A stretch of DNA of 63,999 nt, the filler included, from Asterionella formosa (lineage: Eukaryota), in the NCBI GenBank assembly GCA_002256025.1. It is 14 parts of 14 records of this genome, joined end to end, with 100 filler letters (N's around TTAATTAATTAA, not from the genome) between each part and the next. Parts side by side here need not be neighbours in the genome. Positions count along the whole stretch, not along the records: positions 1 to 4,501 come from NKIB01013489.1; positions 4,602 to 9,099 come from NKIB01013490.1; positions 9,200 to 13,700 come from NKIB01013491.1; 11 more parts are not named here. One strand, 5' to 3'. A program made the translations under genes and the position numbers. Below the pieces are notes generated by a model. That model had not been told where the DNA came from. It ran no database searches and saw only the letters and a list, made by a program, of their open reading frames with translations. Positions 1 to 12,607 of this stretch are shown piece by piece (position 1 is the stretch's first letter; the number at the start of each line of letters is the position of its first letter).

Positions 1-1229
1 ATCATTGATCTGATATTTATTTTTTAAATAAACTTAATAATTTTTATTACTAAAAATCAATGCAATGGCTCATACAGGTGTTTATTACTGGTCAACCATC
101 AAATAATCTGGAGGGAAAAGTACAGGTTCATTGCTGGTGGCCTGTCAGTATTGAAGATCTGTGCTATGACACCAAGATCCATATTAGTGACACCACTTTT
201 CAATTTATCTGAAGAATGGAGTTATTTCAGTTTGAATTGCATATTACCAATTGCTTGGCACCTTTTCAAATGAATTGCAACCCAATTAAAAATGATAAGA
301 ACCCCCTAAAAATAAAAATTCAACCCTGACTGCTTATGGTATAAATATATTTTTTAAATTCCATGATGTACACAGGTTCATACGGCAGCATACATAGAAG
401 TAAATCATCAGGCATCATGCAGCCATTTCATACGCAAAGCTACTTTGACTCAATTATCGGCTTGTTCGAATGCCTTTTCCTGCAAATATTTCTCTTGCTT
501 CTCTTTGATAGTTAATCTTTAGACGCATAGTAGTTGGGGTTTTCGATTTCGGTTCTATGTGGTATGATTCATTTCCCCTCTCTGGGTCCCCGTAGTAGCT
601 GCAGTCGAGTTTGCACTTTATCTGTGAGTGGGACGTAGGGAGGGTGAATTTTATCTATTGACTATGAATTTTGCATGGCTTGGATTCAACAATGTTGCTT
701 TGCTGAAAGCTGATTTGAAGAATTGTGAGCTTTCTGCCTTGAACCCCTAACATGGTTGTTTGTTGGCTGATTGCTTGACTCTTCCATGCTGACCTTCTCT
801 TGCATGGTTTACTGTCATTCACTACTAGCCATCGAACCTCATCTTCATTTTTTGACTAGACAGAATTAGCTCCCGTGGTTGCTAACTAGGCCTCCAGCAC
901 CTCAAATTTCGCTTGCTCCTAGTTTGTTTGTCGTTCCCTTGGTTTCAATGCACGCTTCGTGCATATCCCTCTGTTTCCCTCGTCTAATAATACTAAAACT
1001 AAATCTGTGCCGACCTCGTCGACGTTTCCAAAACGTCCTGTAGAATCTACGGATGTGGTGAAAAGTTGATATTGATATTTAATCTAAAACTCCTACCGGA
1101 AAAACCTCGTACATACAAGGAAAGGAGGAACGCACTTTTTGCAAAGCAGCGAAACATGATCTGTTTACCGTCATTGACCTGAAGTTGTAAAACAAGGTAC
1201 ACACACTGCATTGATTATCGCACTGAACA

Positions 1230-1407
1230 GAATCATCATGAAAAAGATCTCTACCATCCTCTCACTCCTTCTTGGAAGCAGAGTGTAAGACCTTCCGAAG
1301 TGGAGATGAAGTTCCCATGAATCATCATGAAAAAGATCTCTACCATCCTCTCACTCCTTCTCGGAAGCAGAGTGTAAGACCTTCCGAAGTGGAGATGAAG
1401 TTCCCAT
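1230..1407. repeat. 89-bp tandem duplication (2 copies)
   Basis: gaatcatcatgaaaaagatctc...gaagttcccat at 1230-1318 is repeated almost identically at 1319-1407. Confidence 0.9.
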
Positions 1408-1553
1408 TTAGGTCAATTCCATGACTTCCATTCACCACCCAAATCCCCAAGGACTACTATCGACATCCCTTTTGCTTGACCGAGACAAGTGCATTGGTAT
1501 TCCATCACCAACTCCATATTGGTGGTCTTGTTCTTATCTCTTCTTGTGGTATC

Positions 1554-1860
1554 TATTTCAAATAATTATGTGAAGTATTTTCAAATAATTATGTGAATTA
1601 TTTCAAATAATTATGTGAAGTATTTTCAAATAATTATGTGAAGTATTTCAAATAATTATGTGAAGGTGATCACATAATATAGTGATGATCAGGAATGCAT
1701 GCATGATACTTTGATCAAATATTTAACGTGATGTATTCAGATAATATATAGATTTATTCAACTACGTATTTTGATGTATTCAACTAATTCATGTGATGCA
1801 TTCAAAATCCACTAGGCTTTTTTATGTGATGGTCACTTCACATAATACGCGGCTTAGATG
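1554..1860 (-). mobile_element. Repeat family A, terminal segment with 22/23-bp tandem array (copy 1, inverted)
   Basis: Reverse complement matches 3419-3690, 30249-30418 and 59155-59420. The terminus reads CATCTAAGCCGCGTATTATGTGAAG, with TA immediately outside it (1861-62). About 5 units of tatttcaaataattatgtgaag lie at 1554-1665. Confidence 0.8.
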
Positions 1861-3212
1861 TACTACGGCAACGTCATTTAGCTTTTTGTTTACAGTACTG
1901 CTGTAGCAATTATTTTAATTTCTCTACTTTTTTATCATAGTCGACTAATTTAGCAAATTTTCTTGTCCCCTGCTTTTATATGCCCTGAACGACCTCCTCC
2001 TGATGACTCAGCATGGGAAATCATCACCATGTGAATTGTTACTGGTAGTGTTTGTTTACACCAAGAGCAAAATATCATCCAGAATGATTCTGATAGCTAA
2101 TTAGTACGATGTTGTTTTTGCTACTTGTCTAGAAACAGCTATGCTGTGCTACTAGCAGGAGAATAGTAGAAACACTATATTTATAGAAACTAGCTACTGG
2201 TACCATAGCTTGTTTATCTACTACACTTCTTCATTGACGAGCTTTTGTGTTTGTCCCTTTTGGTTGATTGTTGGATTTCAGCTGCCAGACCAACAAGACT
2301 GCATGGGACATTTCTCCTCCAAATTTACGACCTTCTCTTCCACCATGATGCAGAGGAAACCCTTGTCCCAGAACCCTTTCCAACAAGCAATGCCGCCTTG
2401 ACCTTTTGGAAGAGCGGTGTTACGAATGGGAGTCTTTCCACACATTCGAGAGCGACGTTTTACCTTGGGACCAGAATTTACTGTGGAAACTTTTTTGATC
2501 CATTGGAAGAAGATGATGATGTTGATAGTACAATATTGTCACACTGTGGCAGGATCTCAATCAGCAGCCAACTGTGGAGTACTAATCAAAGCAGTATTCT
2601 TGCACCATGGAAGCGCAAGTGACGAGTGATTCAAATGCTACTAGATCAGGACGACTGCCCGATTCCCAAAGCTTCAGTCTTTTCAAGAACTCAAGATACA
2701 CTCATGTTGATCTCCTCCAATAAAGTACGACCACTTGACAACAATATACAGGAATTTTTAAAGAAGCACTTGAGGATTTCTGCGTTGAGTGGGGTTTGGC
2801 TGCAGAAATGTTACGCATTGGAGAAAGAACTAGTCATTTTATGCATGTCCATATCGAAAACTTTTCCAGCACTGACCAAGAAGCCCAACAACTGGGATGG
2901 CCATCACATTGTCAACTCACCCTTCTTCAAAGCTGTTTCGAGAAATGACCTACCCAATACCGTATGATTGACAGCCGCCATTAGATCCTTCATGGGTAAA
3001 TTTTAATCAGACAAGAAAGTGGATGAAATGAGCTTGACACTTCGTGGTGGCCGTGTTATTTTCTCCAAGGGCAAATTTAAATTGGAAGGAAACAACACCA
3101 AGCAAGGTGGAACAAGCTCTAAGCAACCACATGGAGGATTCGGCAGCAATGCTCCCTCAAGATGCCAAGAAAAAGTCTGTTGTATCTGCCTAGCAAAGAA
3201 ATCCCATTTGTA

Positions 3213-3419
3213 GAGGAGCCGAAAGTGGTTTACCAAGACGAGAAAGACAACACTATATTGCAGAAGATACCCGGCACCATTGTCACTTAAGATGACAACG
3301 ATTCTTCTGCCATTTTAGCTGCTCCTATGGTATTGTCTGCAGCTCCACCTCGACAAGCTGTGGCAGCACCAGCACTGCAACAAGCACAACCTGGCGCATT
3401 TCCAGTAAGAGGACCGCAG
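3213..3419 (+). pseudogene. Fragment of a diatom LRR-receptor-like gene (N-terminal PGAF motif region)
   Basis: Manual translation EEPKVVYQDEKDNTILQKIPGTIVT*DDNDSSAILAAP...QQAQPGAFPVRGPQ aligns with the paralog at 13100-13280 (QEIPDFPQDDNHSSGIF...HQALPGAFPV*G). It has an internal stop and is cut by family A. Confidence 0.6.
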
Positions 3420-3814
3420 CGTATTACGTGAAGTGACCATCACGTAAATAAGCCTAGTTGATTTTGAATTGATCACATGAATTAGTTGAATACATCAAAA
3501 TGCTTACTTGTATATATATATATATATATATATATATTATCTGAATACATCACATTGATTATTTGATCAGAGTATCATGCATGCATTCCTGATCATCACT
3601 ATATTACGTGATCATCTTCACATAATTATTTGAAATACTTCACGTAATTATTTGAAATACTTCACCTAATTATTTGAAATACTTCACTTAATTCTGTAAT
3701 TTAGTTCACATTGCCTTATAATTTTGTTCTCTTAATTCTATAGTATAGTTCACGTAATGTATTAAATTTGTTTACGTATTTTAAAAGGACAATCAAATAT
3801 GTTGATTTCTAATT
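3419..3814 (+). mobile_element. Repeat family A (copy 2)
   Basis: Colinear with 59165-59549. Contains a (TA)n expansion at about 3511-3536 and the 22-bp array at 3617-3690. It may extend further right. Confidence 0.8.
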
Positions 3815-4501
3815 CAACTGCCGGTATTTCACATTACATGGGAAACAAATCTCGATTTTCAATCAAACAAAGCAGTTCTTTCAGAATGGCATCTTCAGTC
3901 TTGAGAAGGCAGGCATCATGAGATGTTTGTAAGAAGGACAATGCAAGACAAACAGAAACTATTCATTCTGAATGAAAAATTATTCATTCTTGAAAAGGCA
4001 TTATGGTGCGAAATCGCAACAGGAATGTATCACACTGGCTTCCTCCTTGTCCTTGAAATGACTTGCTTCTTCATTGACCTGCAAAGATTTACAAAAGGAC
4101 AGTGTGTCAGTAATTCATTTAATAGAACTAGCAACAGCAGAAAGCAACACACACATGTGCTATTCAACTGTTTCAACGAGCAGTCAAATTGACAGCAGAA
4201 CACCGGCATTAGTCAGCCACCAGGCATCACCGCAACTCACTGATGCATTAAAAAAGATGGCTCCTGTTGTGAAATGGACGGCTAAAATGTAAAATAAATG
4301 TAGAGAACAATAAAAGAACCATGTGATTTCTCGCTCGCTTTGCTGATACAATTATGAAAACTGAGGATTAGCTAACAAGCTCACCTGATTTGATGGCCTC
4401 CGTTGCGGGTCTCCATATCGTGTCATTTCATCTGCTATCACTCATACTTTCCAAAGAAAACTGCTTTTCTGAAAAGGCCTGTTCAAAGGTCAAATGAATG
4501 T

Positions 4502-4601
4502 NNNNNNNNNNNNNNNNNNNNNNNNNNNNNNNNNNNNNNNNNNNNTTAATTAATTAANNNNNNNNNNNNNNNNNNNNNNNNNNNNNNNNNNNNNNNNNNN
4601 N
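4502..4601. other. Artificial scaffold-joining spacer N44-TTAATTAATTAA-N44 (one of 13)
   Basis: The same 100-nt spacer occurs at 9100, 13701, 18291, 22882, 27474, 32062, 36650, 41232, 45813, 50392, 54971 and 59550. The core gives stops in all six frames. Intervening pieces are 4479-4501 bp. Confidence 0.98.
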
Positions 4602-5038
4602 GGCATTCGTCCACGTTGGTGACGTCAAGCTGCAGGAACTCAAAGTTACACTGGGACGACACATTTCGCCAATTCAGTACCATCACGCGTTCCCGGAAGC
4701 TCTTGTGCTTCGTGGGTTTCTTTTGACCATATGAACTTAAAGGACAGTCCCAGTGAATAAATTGCCTTGAGTACCTACGTCAGGTCTCTGTCATGGCACT
4801 GTCAGAATTACGTGAAAGTGAATTTTTAAAATCCACGTCACTGTCCCATGGTATATTTTTACATACTGAGCGCTGTTGAGTACATCATAGACTACGGTAA
4901 TAAACTAAGAAATATGATGAACTTTGTATCATCAATTAGATAGCCTTGTTACTGGTACAAGGTACCAGGTACCGGTAACATCATTTGTAAAATTTCGGTA
5001 GGTACCAGGTGAAGTATCTAACTAGAAGTAGTAGTATT

Positions 5039-5206
5039 TGTTGAATAAATGAGCTTATTTGTTAATCCTTGTGTGTAACTCGTTCTCTAAATCGACACCG
5101 AAGTATACAATGAGGGTTAGTCGAGTTCTCTCATTATTGAGTTCTGATACATATATGATATAACACTAACCCTATATACATCTGTATTGATGCGCAAGAT
5201 CGCTCA
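5039..5206 (-). repeat. Putative 3' LTR (168 bp, TG...CA) of a Gypsy element
   Basis: On the minus strand the integrase stop is followed by a purine-rich tract GGTGTGGGAGAG (5207-5218), then TGAGCG...TTCAACA. No second LTR copy is present to confirm the ends. Confidence 0.6.
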
Positions 5207-5231
5207 CTCTCCCACACCAAGGGAAAACCTT

Positions 5232-7560
5232 TTACCTTTGAAAAGGTTTGATGTAATGAATATTAATTCGTTCCGTAGTATGCATAGTTTGTTGAAAAGT
5301 AACTGTATCATTGGCATATTTTTGGATAAATAGAATAAGGACCTCGTCCATGGTTATCCAAGGTAGTAGGGTTATCCAATAGGATTAAAACCTCATCAAC
5401 AACTTTGTAATCGCAAGAACGACGACGGAAATTATCACGAAGTAGTCATTTGTCAATTATCACTTATCGACCTTGATATCCCAATATCAATTACATATCT
5501 GTAATCAAATCATGTTAGAAAAACCCATGTTCCTGGTGAAAATACACAATGTACTATAAATTATAGCACGAGCTGCATATGATGCAGCAAACTGGTATCC
5601 ACAATATTCTGAACTTGAAATTCCTTGATTGGAGGATGAGCCTTTAACATAACTCGTACATAGACTGTTACTGATAGATTGATGTAAACGTTCACGGATA
5701 GCATTTGTTTGTGGATTCTTGACTGTAATGGTCCCAATTTTAATTCCATTCAACACTTACATGTGTATGAAAGGAATACCAGTAAATTGACCTCCATTGT
5801 CATGTATACAACCTTCTGGACGGAGATATCTGTCTAACCAATCATTTTTAAATTTCATCGCAATATATTCTGATGTCTTGTTATTGATATATGAAATTTC
5901 TGGTAAATTGGTGACTGTGTTAACTCAAGTTTGAGCATGAAATTCAATCGCTTGTGCAGTCACTGTTATCTTCCATGGACCAATGAAATCCACTGTGACT
6001 TCTGAGCATTGTAATAACAATGCATTCCTTGGTGGAAGTTCACCAAAACCAAGCATCAGGTAATTTTGTACGTTTTGCATATATGCTTGCAATATGTTCC
6101 ACTCTTGCTTTTAATGGAGGATAATAAAAATGTGTAGAAACTGTGGCATTTCATCTTTTCATAGCCACATGAGCTAATATCTGATGATACCAATAAATAA
6201 TCATAGGATTCGATAGTGATGTAGGAATAACAATGCGTCAAGTATCTCCTGGATTCTTCACAAAATATTTTAAATGTACATGATGAAAATTGATAGAGGG
6301 AAATTTTAACGGATGTGTTTGGTTTGTTGATTGAGAATGAGATGAGTTATTTGATTGAGAATCAATTGCATATCCAGCAATTGTCTATCATGTATGGAGT
6401 TATAATCCAGAGGATATTGAATATTGTCTGCCAAAATTGGATGATTGAGGGAACAGGTAAACAAAGGTTCATCATCTACTTCAAATGAGAAGTAGAAATG
6501 GATGTTGATGCTGAAGATTTCGGTCCAATATCATCCCCCACGAAAGACTCAAGCCTCGGGAGGCGAGAGATAGAATCTGTAATATTTGACATTATCTAGT
6601 ACCCTTCATATTGTGAAAAGTGAGAAGATATTCTTCAATATAAATCCTCCACCGGAGAACACGCTGAGTTTCTGTGTAGGGTAATAAAGATAAAAATATG
6701 ATGTTCAGTGTGAACATGTAGAACCGCATTCAATGACATAGAGCGAAATTCTTTGAAAGTTTCTTAATTGAAAATCAGAAACATTAATAAAAATATGGAA
6801 AGGAACATTATGATCAGGATAACTCATGAGTGTATCTGCAACTAACAATGCTTTAATTGATGCAAAAGTTTGTTGATGTATGCATAGGTAACCATACAAA
6901 TGGACTAGTTCCATTTCAATCCTGTTTTAAGTTTTGAAGACCAAAATTTGAAGTCGGTTGGAGTTTATCGATATCCCAATGAGTCAGTTTCTTCAACAGA
7001 CCATTTCATATAGAATGGTGCTGGAGGACTTCAGCCATAACAGCATATTTCCGTATCTGTATAGTTAGGAGCTTGAATGTTCCATGTGTAAACATAATCC
7101 TTGATAGGTGTATCGAAATATAACAAACCATTGTGCAAATGTTCTGTGCGTATCATTATAGGAATGCATGACATGCAGAAAAACATTGATATATCCACCA
7201 TAAAGACAGTACATGGTATTTGTAAATTATCCATCATAAATTAATCAGCTGGACAAATGAGCAAACTCGCAGAAGGTACTAAGACCATGTACTTCTGTTG
7301 CAAGATACAAGCTGACGGATTAAATTTTGGAAGCATCATGCTCATTATTGGCAAAGGAAAAAAAGATGGGATCATACCTGCTATGCATGGTATATAATAA
7401 TTATAAATGTTCGATTTTACAACGAAATGTCCTGAATTACAATCCATTCATAAGTTGAAGATCAAGGCCCACCGCAATCAAATAATATTCATCTTATGTC
7501 ATGCATATACAACGCAGCCACCAATCCTTGGGTTGCTTATGACATGAGAATGAAATGCAA
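5232..7560 (-). mobile_element. Degenerate Ty3/Gypsy pol (protease, RT/RNase H, integrase)
   Basis: Fragments in Gypsy order: ILFDCGG (about 7470-7490, protease), IKALLVADTLMSYPDHNVPFHIFINVSDFQL (RT-RNase H junction), EVTVDFIGPWKI, GIKIGTITVKNPQTNAIRERLHQ (integrase), ERINIHYIKPF*. Many stops and frameshifts. Confidence 0.85.
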
Positions 7561-7772
7561 TTAAGCTTATGTATTCTTAGGCAAAGAAAGAATGAGACCG
7601 GAATCAGGCCTTGAGATGTGCATATGGAATGATATATTGAATCTACCTTTGCATTTTAAAATATCCCGTGTTACAACAGCGGTGATTTCCAACCTGTAAT
7701 TATCCTGTAAATAACAAAAGTTATTCAGGTAATGATTGACGTAAGACATATTCAATGTGATGTTGCTCATAA

Positions 7773-7804
<32 letters not shown>

Positions 7805-9199
7805 ATTATTAAAATCATAGCATTGTTGCTATTGTCGCACATACTTCTGTTAAGGCGATCTGTTCAGCATTCTGCTGGTTTTTTATTAGGCACATCGGCC
7901 ACTAACTGACCAACAGGAGGGTTCATGACCACTAAAATTTCCTGGGCAGATTCATATAGTCGGCAGGTATGGCCCTTGGCACAGTACCCTAACCAGACAT
8001 CATCATAGGGTTAACCCATGGATTTGCTTGTGTAAAACATGCACGGAAGAAAAAAACATGAATAGAGTTAGCTGTGTTAGTATGATAATTTGCTCCGCGT
8101 AGAATTTATACGCCAGAGAAACAGGAACAGGAGTCCGAACAGGAACAAGGTTGGTAGTGTTAGTAATGTTAACTCCATGAACCTTATGTTTGACCTTTGT
8201 TTCATATCCCATGCGTGGCCGGTTGCATTAAAATGCATGTGCCCTGCCATTGCCACTGAGTATAAATTATCATGTACAAATTTACGCTTGAAATGGTGGT
8301 TGTACTCTTGATACATCACAGGACTGTATTAAGCAATGCGAAGACGATCTTTTGTTAAAATTGACACCAGTCACGCTTATTTTCTTGATGCGTCATGGAA
8401 TTGTCTTCATCTTCAACTATTTATTTACGATTTTGTGTTAGAAAATTGACACCAGGCACACGCGTTCTCTCGAAATAACACGATTGCCTTCAGCGATGCG
8501 AAGTCGATTTTGGCTTATGGTAGAACTCATGCTTGAGGATGTGCTGGAGTTGATCTTTGAATGATTGTTGACTCTCGAAGTAAGTCAAAACCAAGCGAAT
8601 CAATTATTTTGTGTTCTTTTCATTGTTCCATTCAAACACTTGTTGCCACGCATTGTCGATCAAGCGAAATGACAATCAACCTCAAATCTTCCTTGGCGGA
8701 AACCTCTTGATCTTCTGGATGAGTTAGCATGAGTTTTAGGAGCTTCTTCAAGGTCTAGAGACAGGCAGCGAAGTCGATTATAAACATGCTGAAATTTTTT
8801 ATTGACTAATATCATGGCATCCAGCCACTGTTATTGACTCTCAGAGATATCATGAAGAAGGTAATCTTCCAGCCACATCACTATGACTTTATTGTTGAGA
8901 CTGTTATGGTGGGACTGAGCATCTGAGTGTATTGCAACGCTCATCCAGTCAGACAAGACGATATCTGTGAGTCATCTTTTGTAGCAGTAGGTGAACAAGC
9001 AAGGAATCTGCTGGACTGAAGATATATGTGTTAGCCATATCACAGGATTTACTGAAATCAATAAACAAGCTTCCCCTGAGCGTCAATTGATCATATCTTN
9101 NNNNNNNNNNNNNNNNNNNNNNNNNNNNNNNNNNNNNNNNNNNTTAATTAATTAANNNNNNNNNNNNNNNNNNNNNNNNNNNNNNNNNNNNNNNNNNNN

Positions 9200-9380
9200 T
9201 TCATCATGTCAAGAACATGATAGATGAGGGTGAGTTGCATATTGTTTTTCTAAGATCGTCAGAAAACAATCCAGCAGACATTTTGACGAAGAATGTCAAA
9301 GAGCAGATTTTTACAAGGTTATCTGGACCTGTGCTGAGTGGTACAATTTTAGAACTTCTTGAACATGGTAACGAGGAGGA
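9200..9380 (+). mobile_element. Ty1/Copia RNase H C-terminus and polypurine tract
   Basis: HHVKNMIDEGELHIVFLRSSENNPADILTKN carries the Copia ADxLTK motif. PPT GAGGAGGA lies directly before TGTCA. Confidence 0.9.
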
Positions 9381-10149
9381 TGTCAAGAATATAGCATCAA
9401 TGGCTATAATGAGTCACAAGGACTGTGGACTCGACTATAGTCCAATGAGTCAAATGGTGCGTTCCCATGTCAAGAAGCTTGCTAACGAGATTGATGTCTT
9501 AGATCAATCAGAAGAAGGTTTACATCAACGAAAAGGGAACACGAAGAACAGGTTCTCGAAGTGTGATGAATGGGATTGAAACTTAGTTTTAGTTTAATCT
9601 TATAATTAAGAAACAGTGAGAATTGACAGAGTAAGGTCAATAGCGAAAACTAGCACGAAGGCTAGCAGCAGAAAGAAGATAACAATACTAGTGGTACAGC
9701 AGGTAAGTTCTACGTAAGAGGAACCCGTCAGACGGGAAGGAGTACGAGACCTTTCAACAATGTGTATGCTCGACACATCCTTTCCTACAGGAATTCTCAT
9801 AGTGCCTTCTCGTTTTCTACGTCTCGTTTTCTACGTCTCTGTTTTTCTTTCTTCTCTTCTCTCTTTTTCTTTCTGTTCTTGCTGATGGACTCGAACTGTC
9901 GACCTCTGGTTTTCACGTTCTTCCTCGTACCACTTGTACTAACGAGCCCGCTACCATGTTGAAATATATGGCGCTACTCTAGCGCGCTCCAGTACTGCCC
10001 TGGAATGACCGGTCAAGATCTTTCTCACACCGCTCGTCTGCAGATTCTTCTGCTATATAAATCCTGTCTATTTCCGTTTAGACATTCCTCAGACTACCTA
10101 GTCTTCGGACACCTATCGACATCAACAGCCTAACAGACACACTCTGACA
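9381..10149 (+). repeat. Copia 3' LTR (769 bp, TGTCA...TGACA)
   Basis: Starts right after the PPT and has 5-bp terminal inverted repeats. Contains a TATA-like ctatataaat. The same 3' end is seen independently at 26283. Confidence 0.8.
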
Positions 10150-10570
10150 CTGGTACGGGGTAATGTTGAAAGGGCTTATATGTACCTGTTGGCATACCGG
10201 TATGTAAAACTAACATTCATTTGCGTGTGTGTCGTATCATGTCGCTCGTGTTTGTAATTCTTGACTCTTGTCCATCATAGTACTTACATAGTCTACCCTA
10301 AATAATTTCTCTACCAACTGATGTCGTTGAGTTCTACATGAAATCATCACCATTATGATGCCGGAACTTTTGTCCATCATAAAATATGTTTGTACAGATG
10401 CCCTGCATTGTATATACACTATACATGTAAGTAATAAATATGGTGTTGAAAGGGCTTTTGTGATAAAAAACAATATTGTTAGTCACACATATCATCTACC
10501 GATATTTATCAATATTGCATATCGGTTTATAAACTTATATAGAATACAGAATCGATCTTGTATTAAAACG

Positions 10571-11600
10571 TTACATGACTGATGAGGACATTATGAGAAA
10601 TGATGAGCTATTTTTGATAGCAGTGGCTGTCTCCTTTTTCTTCAAAGAATCAAGAAAGTCACGGCAACATTCAAATAACTCCTTAAATCGACCAGAAAAT
10701 TCTGTCATTTTCTGTGCTTCATTGCTAGCTTGTTCAATCATTGAAGGCCTTTCTTCCTTTGTTTCTTGGAAACTTGCAAACTCTTCACGAGTGAGAATCC
10801 TAAACATGTATGGGAATTTCACTTGTTGAAGTGTGACCATCAAATTAGGGATTTGGATGATGCTCAACTTTATATCTTGGAGCATCACTGACTGAGCATG
10901 CAGCAAATTATTATTTTCAACCACAACATCCTTGGTTACAACCACAACATCCTTGATTTCTCTTACCTGATTTAAAATGTCACTATCTTTAAGTTTCTCA
11001 ATAATATCTGCCCAACGACGATGGCGCTCTTCTGGATTTCTCTTCAGCAATTTTTTAGCAGAGGTCTCATGGGATTCCAGTCATTGTCATCCCACACATT
11101 GTTATCGACCTTTTTAACACAATCTTCATCACTCCACTTTACTATTTTGTTTAATTGGTCCGGCAATAATACTTCTTCACGAACTTTCATATGAAAAAGT
11201 TGTTCACCAATGCAGAGATAATAAAGAAGGACTCAAAAGCACAACATGTCATATTGGGAACTGGCTTAACTCTTTCTGTAGCAACCTGACCGGTCTGCTT
11301 ATTGTACTCAACAGCAGCCTGTTCAGGAGGCAAGTATCCAGAACTTGTTGGCTTCTGACCCGCATATTCGCCAGTGAACTGACCAGCCTATTCGCCAATG
11401 GACGCCGCGATATCAAGATCGATCGCAGCATATCTAAGACCCTCACCACGAGACACGAAATTTCTAGCCTTCACGTCTCCCTTAATAACATTACACTCTT
11501 CATTTAGAAACTGAAGGCACTTGGCAATTTGGGGATAGTCAAATTGTCAATGTCATCTTGAATGTAATTGAAGTTGTTTATTGTTTTTTGAGCGACTTGA
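10571..11600 (-). pseudogene. Protein kinase pseudogene (DLD in place of DFG)
   Basis: Manual translation: QIAKCLQFLNEECNVIKGDVKARNFV...AAIDLD...GE*...SSGYLPPEQ...YDMLCF*VLLYYLCIG...LLKRNPEER (subdomains VIb-XI). Stops at 11388-90 and 11233-35 plus frameshifts, followed by a C-terminal extension to 10571. Confidence 0.8.
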
Positions 11601-12607
11601 TCCCCATCCCTGTATAAAAGTGTCAACTCTGACTTGGTATATAATAACAAGGTTATTAATAATGCTTTACTAGGCGCGCTCTGATAATAAAAAAATATTA
11701 TATCATGTGTGTATTATAACACAAATTATTCTGGTGATCTGCTACATAATATCGTCCTTGCGCTCTGATAATAGAGATATTATAGATTACTTCTCTGACA
11801 TTATATATATTTTTAACTTTAATTTTCAACAGTTAAATTTTCATATCGATTCATCCTCTTCTATGTTATGCCACCTCTTGTTCATTATATGCATGAGTTC
11901 TATATATTCATCATAGTCAGTCACTGACCATGTCGACTTTCATCCCATCTCCTGATGATGATGATGATGATGATGATGACATTATGATCACACTGCTACT
12001 GTTAGCAATGTTGCTGCTGCAGGTTATCAGTATCAGTTCGAGTAGCCTTGTGAAGCAACTGTGTCGATAGAAGAGAAAGCACTTTTTCAACAGGCCCAGT
12101 ATTGTTTGACACTGCCTTATCTCTAAATCGAGGGGACACCATAGGTCGAGGAAATCATGAACCAGAAAAATTAGCATATGCCAAACATTTTTTTCGAAGA
12201 ATCGAGCAACGAGCAGATGCAAGTGCTGAGATTGAATCCACTGATCTTGGAATAGAGAGAGAGCCCAATGAGCCCAATATTGATGAGCCAAATGTTAATG
12301 ATGATTTTATAGCAATTTCTGGGGAGAGTGAAGACAATGGTGGAGCAACATCTGCCGCTTATGCATGCTATTTGGAGAGCTTTTACATTCGGGCAACAGT
12401 ATATCTTTTCAATACTCAAGTGTGCGCTGGTTTGACAATGACTTTGGGAGTGATTATTTTGTGCATCCATATTGGCCGAAAAGCCTTTTCACACTTGTAC
12501 CGGGTAGAATGGTCAGGCACGAATATTAGATTTTGTGTCATTATTAATCATTGTCTATTAATTCCGTTCTCTCTCCGCCTTCGAGACCGTTTACAGCAAG
12601 GCAGACC

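Noticed and set aside
1554..1665. 22-bp repeats as a CRISPR array
   Set aside because: Head-to-tail units with no spacers, no cas genes, and a eukaryotic TE context.
2210..3213. Overlapping short ORFs as a gene
   Set aside because: Fragmented, with no motif I can name; probably decayed TE coding sequence.
4546..4557. Regularly spaced TTAATTAATTAA as a biological repeat or array
   Set aside because: Always centred in a fixed N-run; it is a six-frame stop linker added during assembly.
9381..9579. C-terminal extension of the Copia ORF as an extra domain
   Set aside because: It is readthrough of pol into the LTR.
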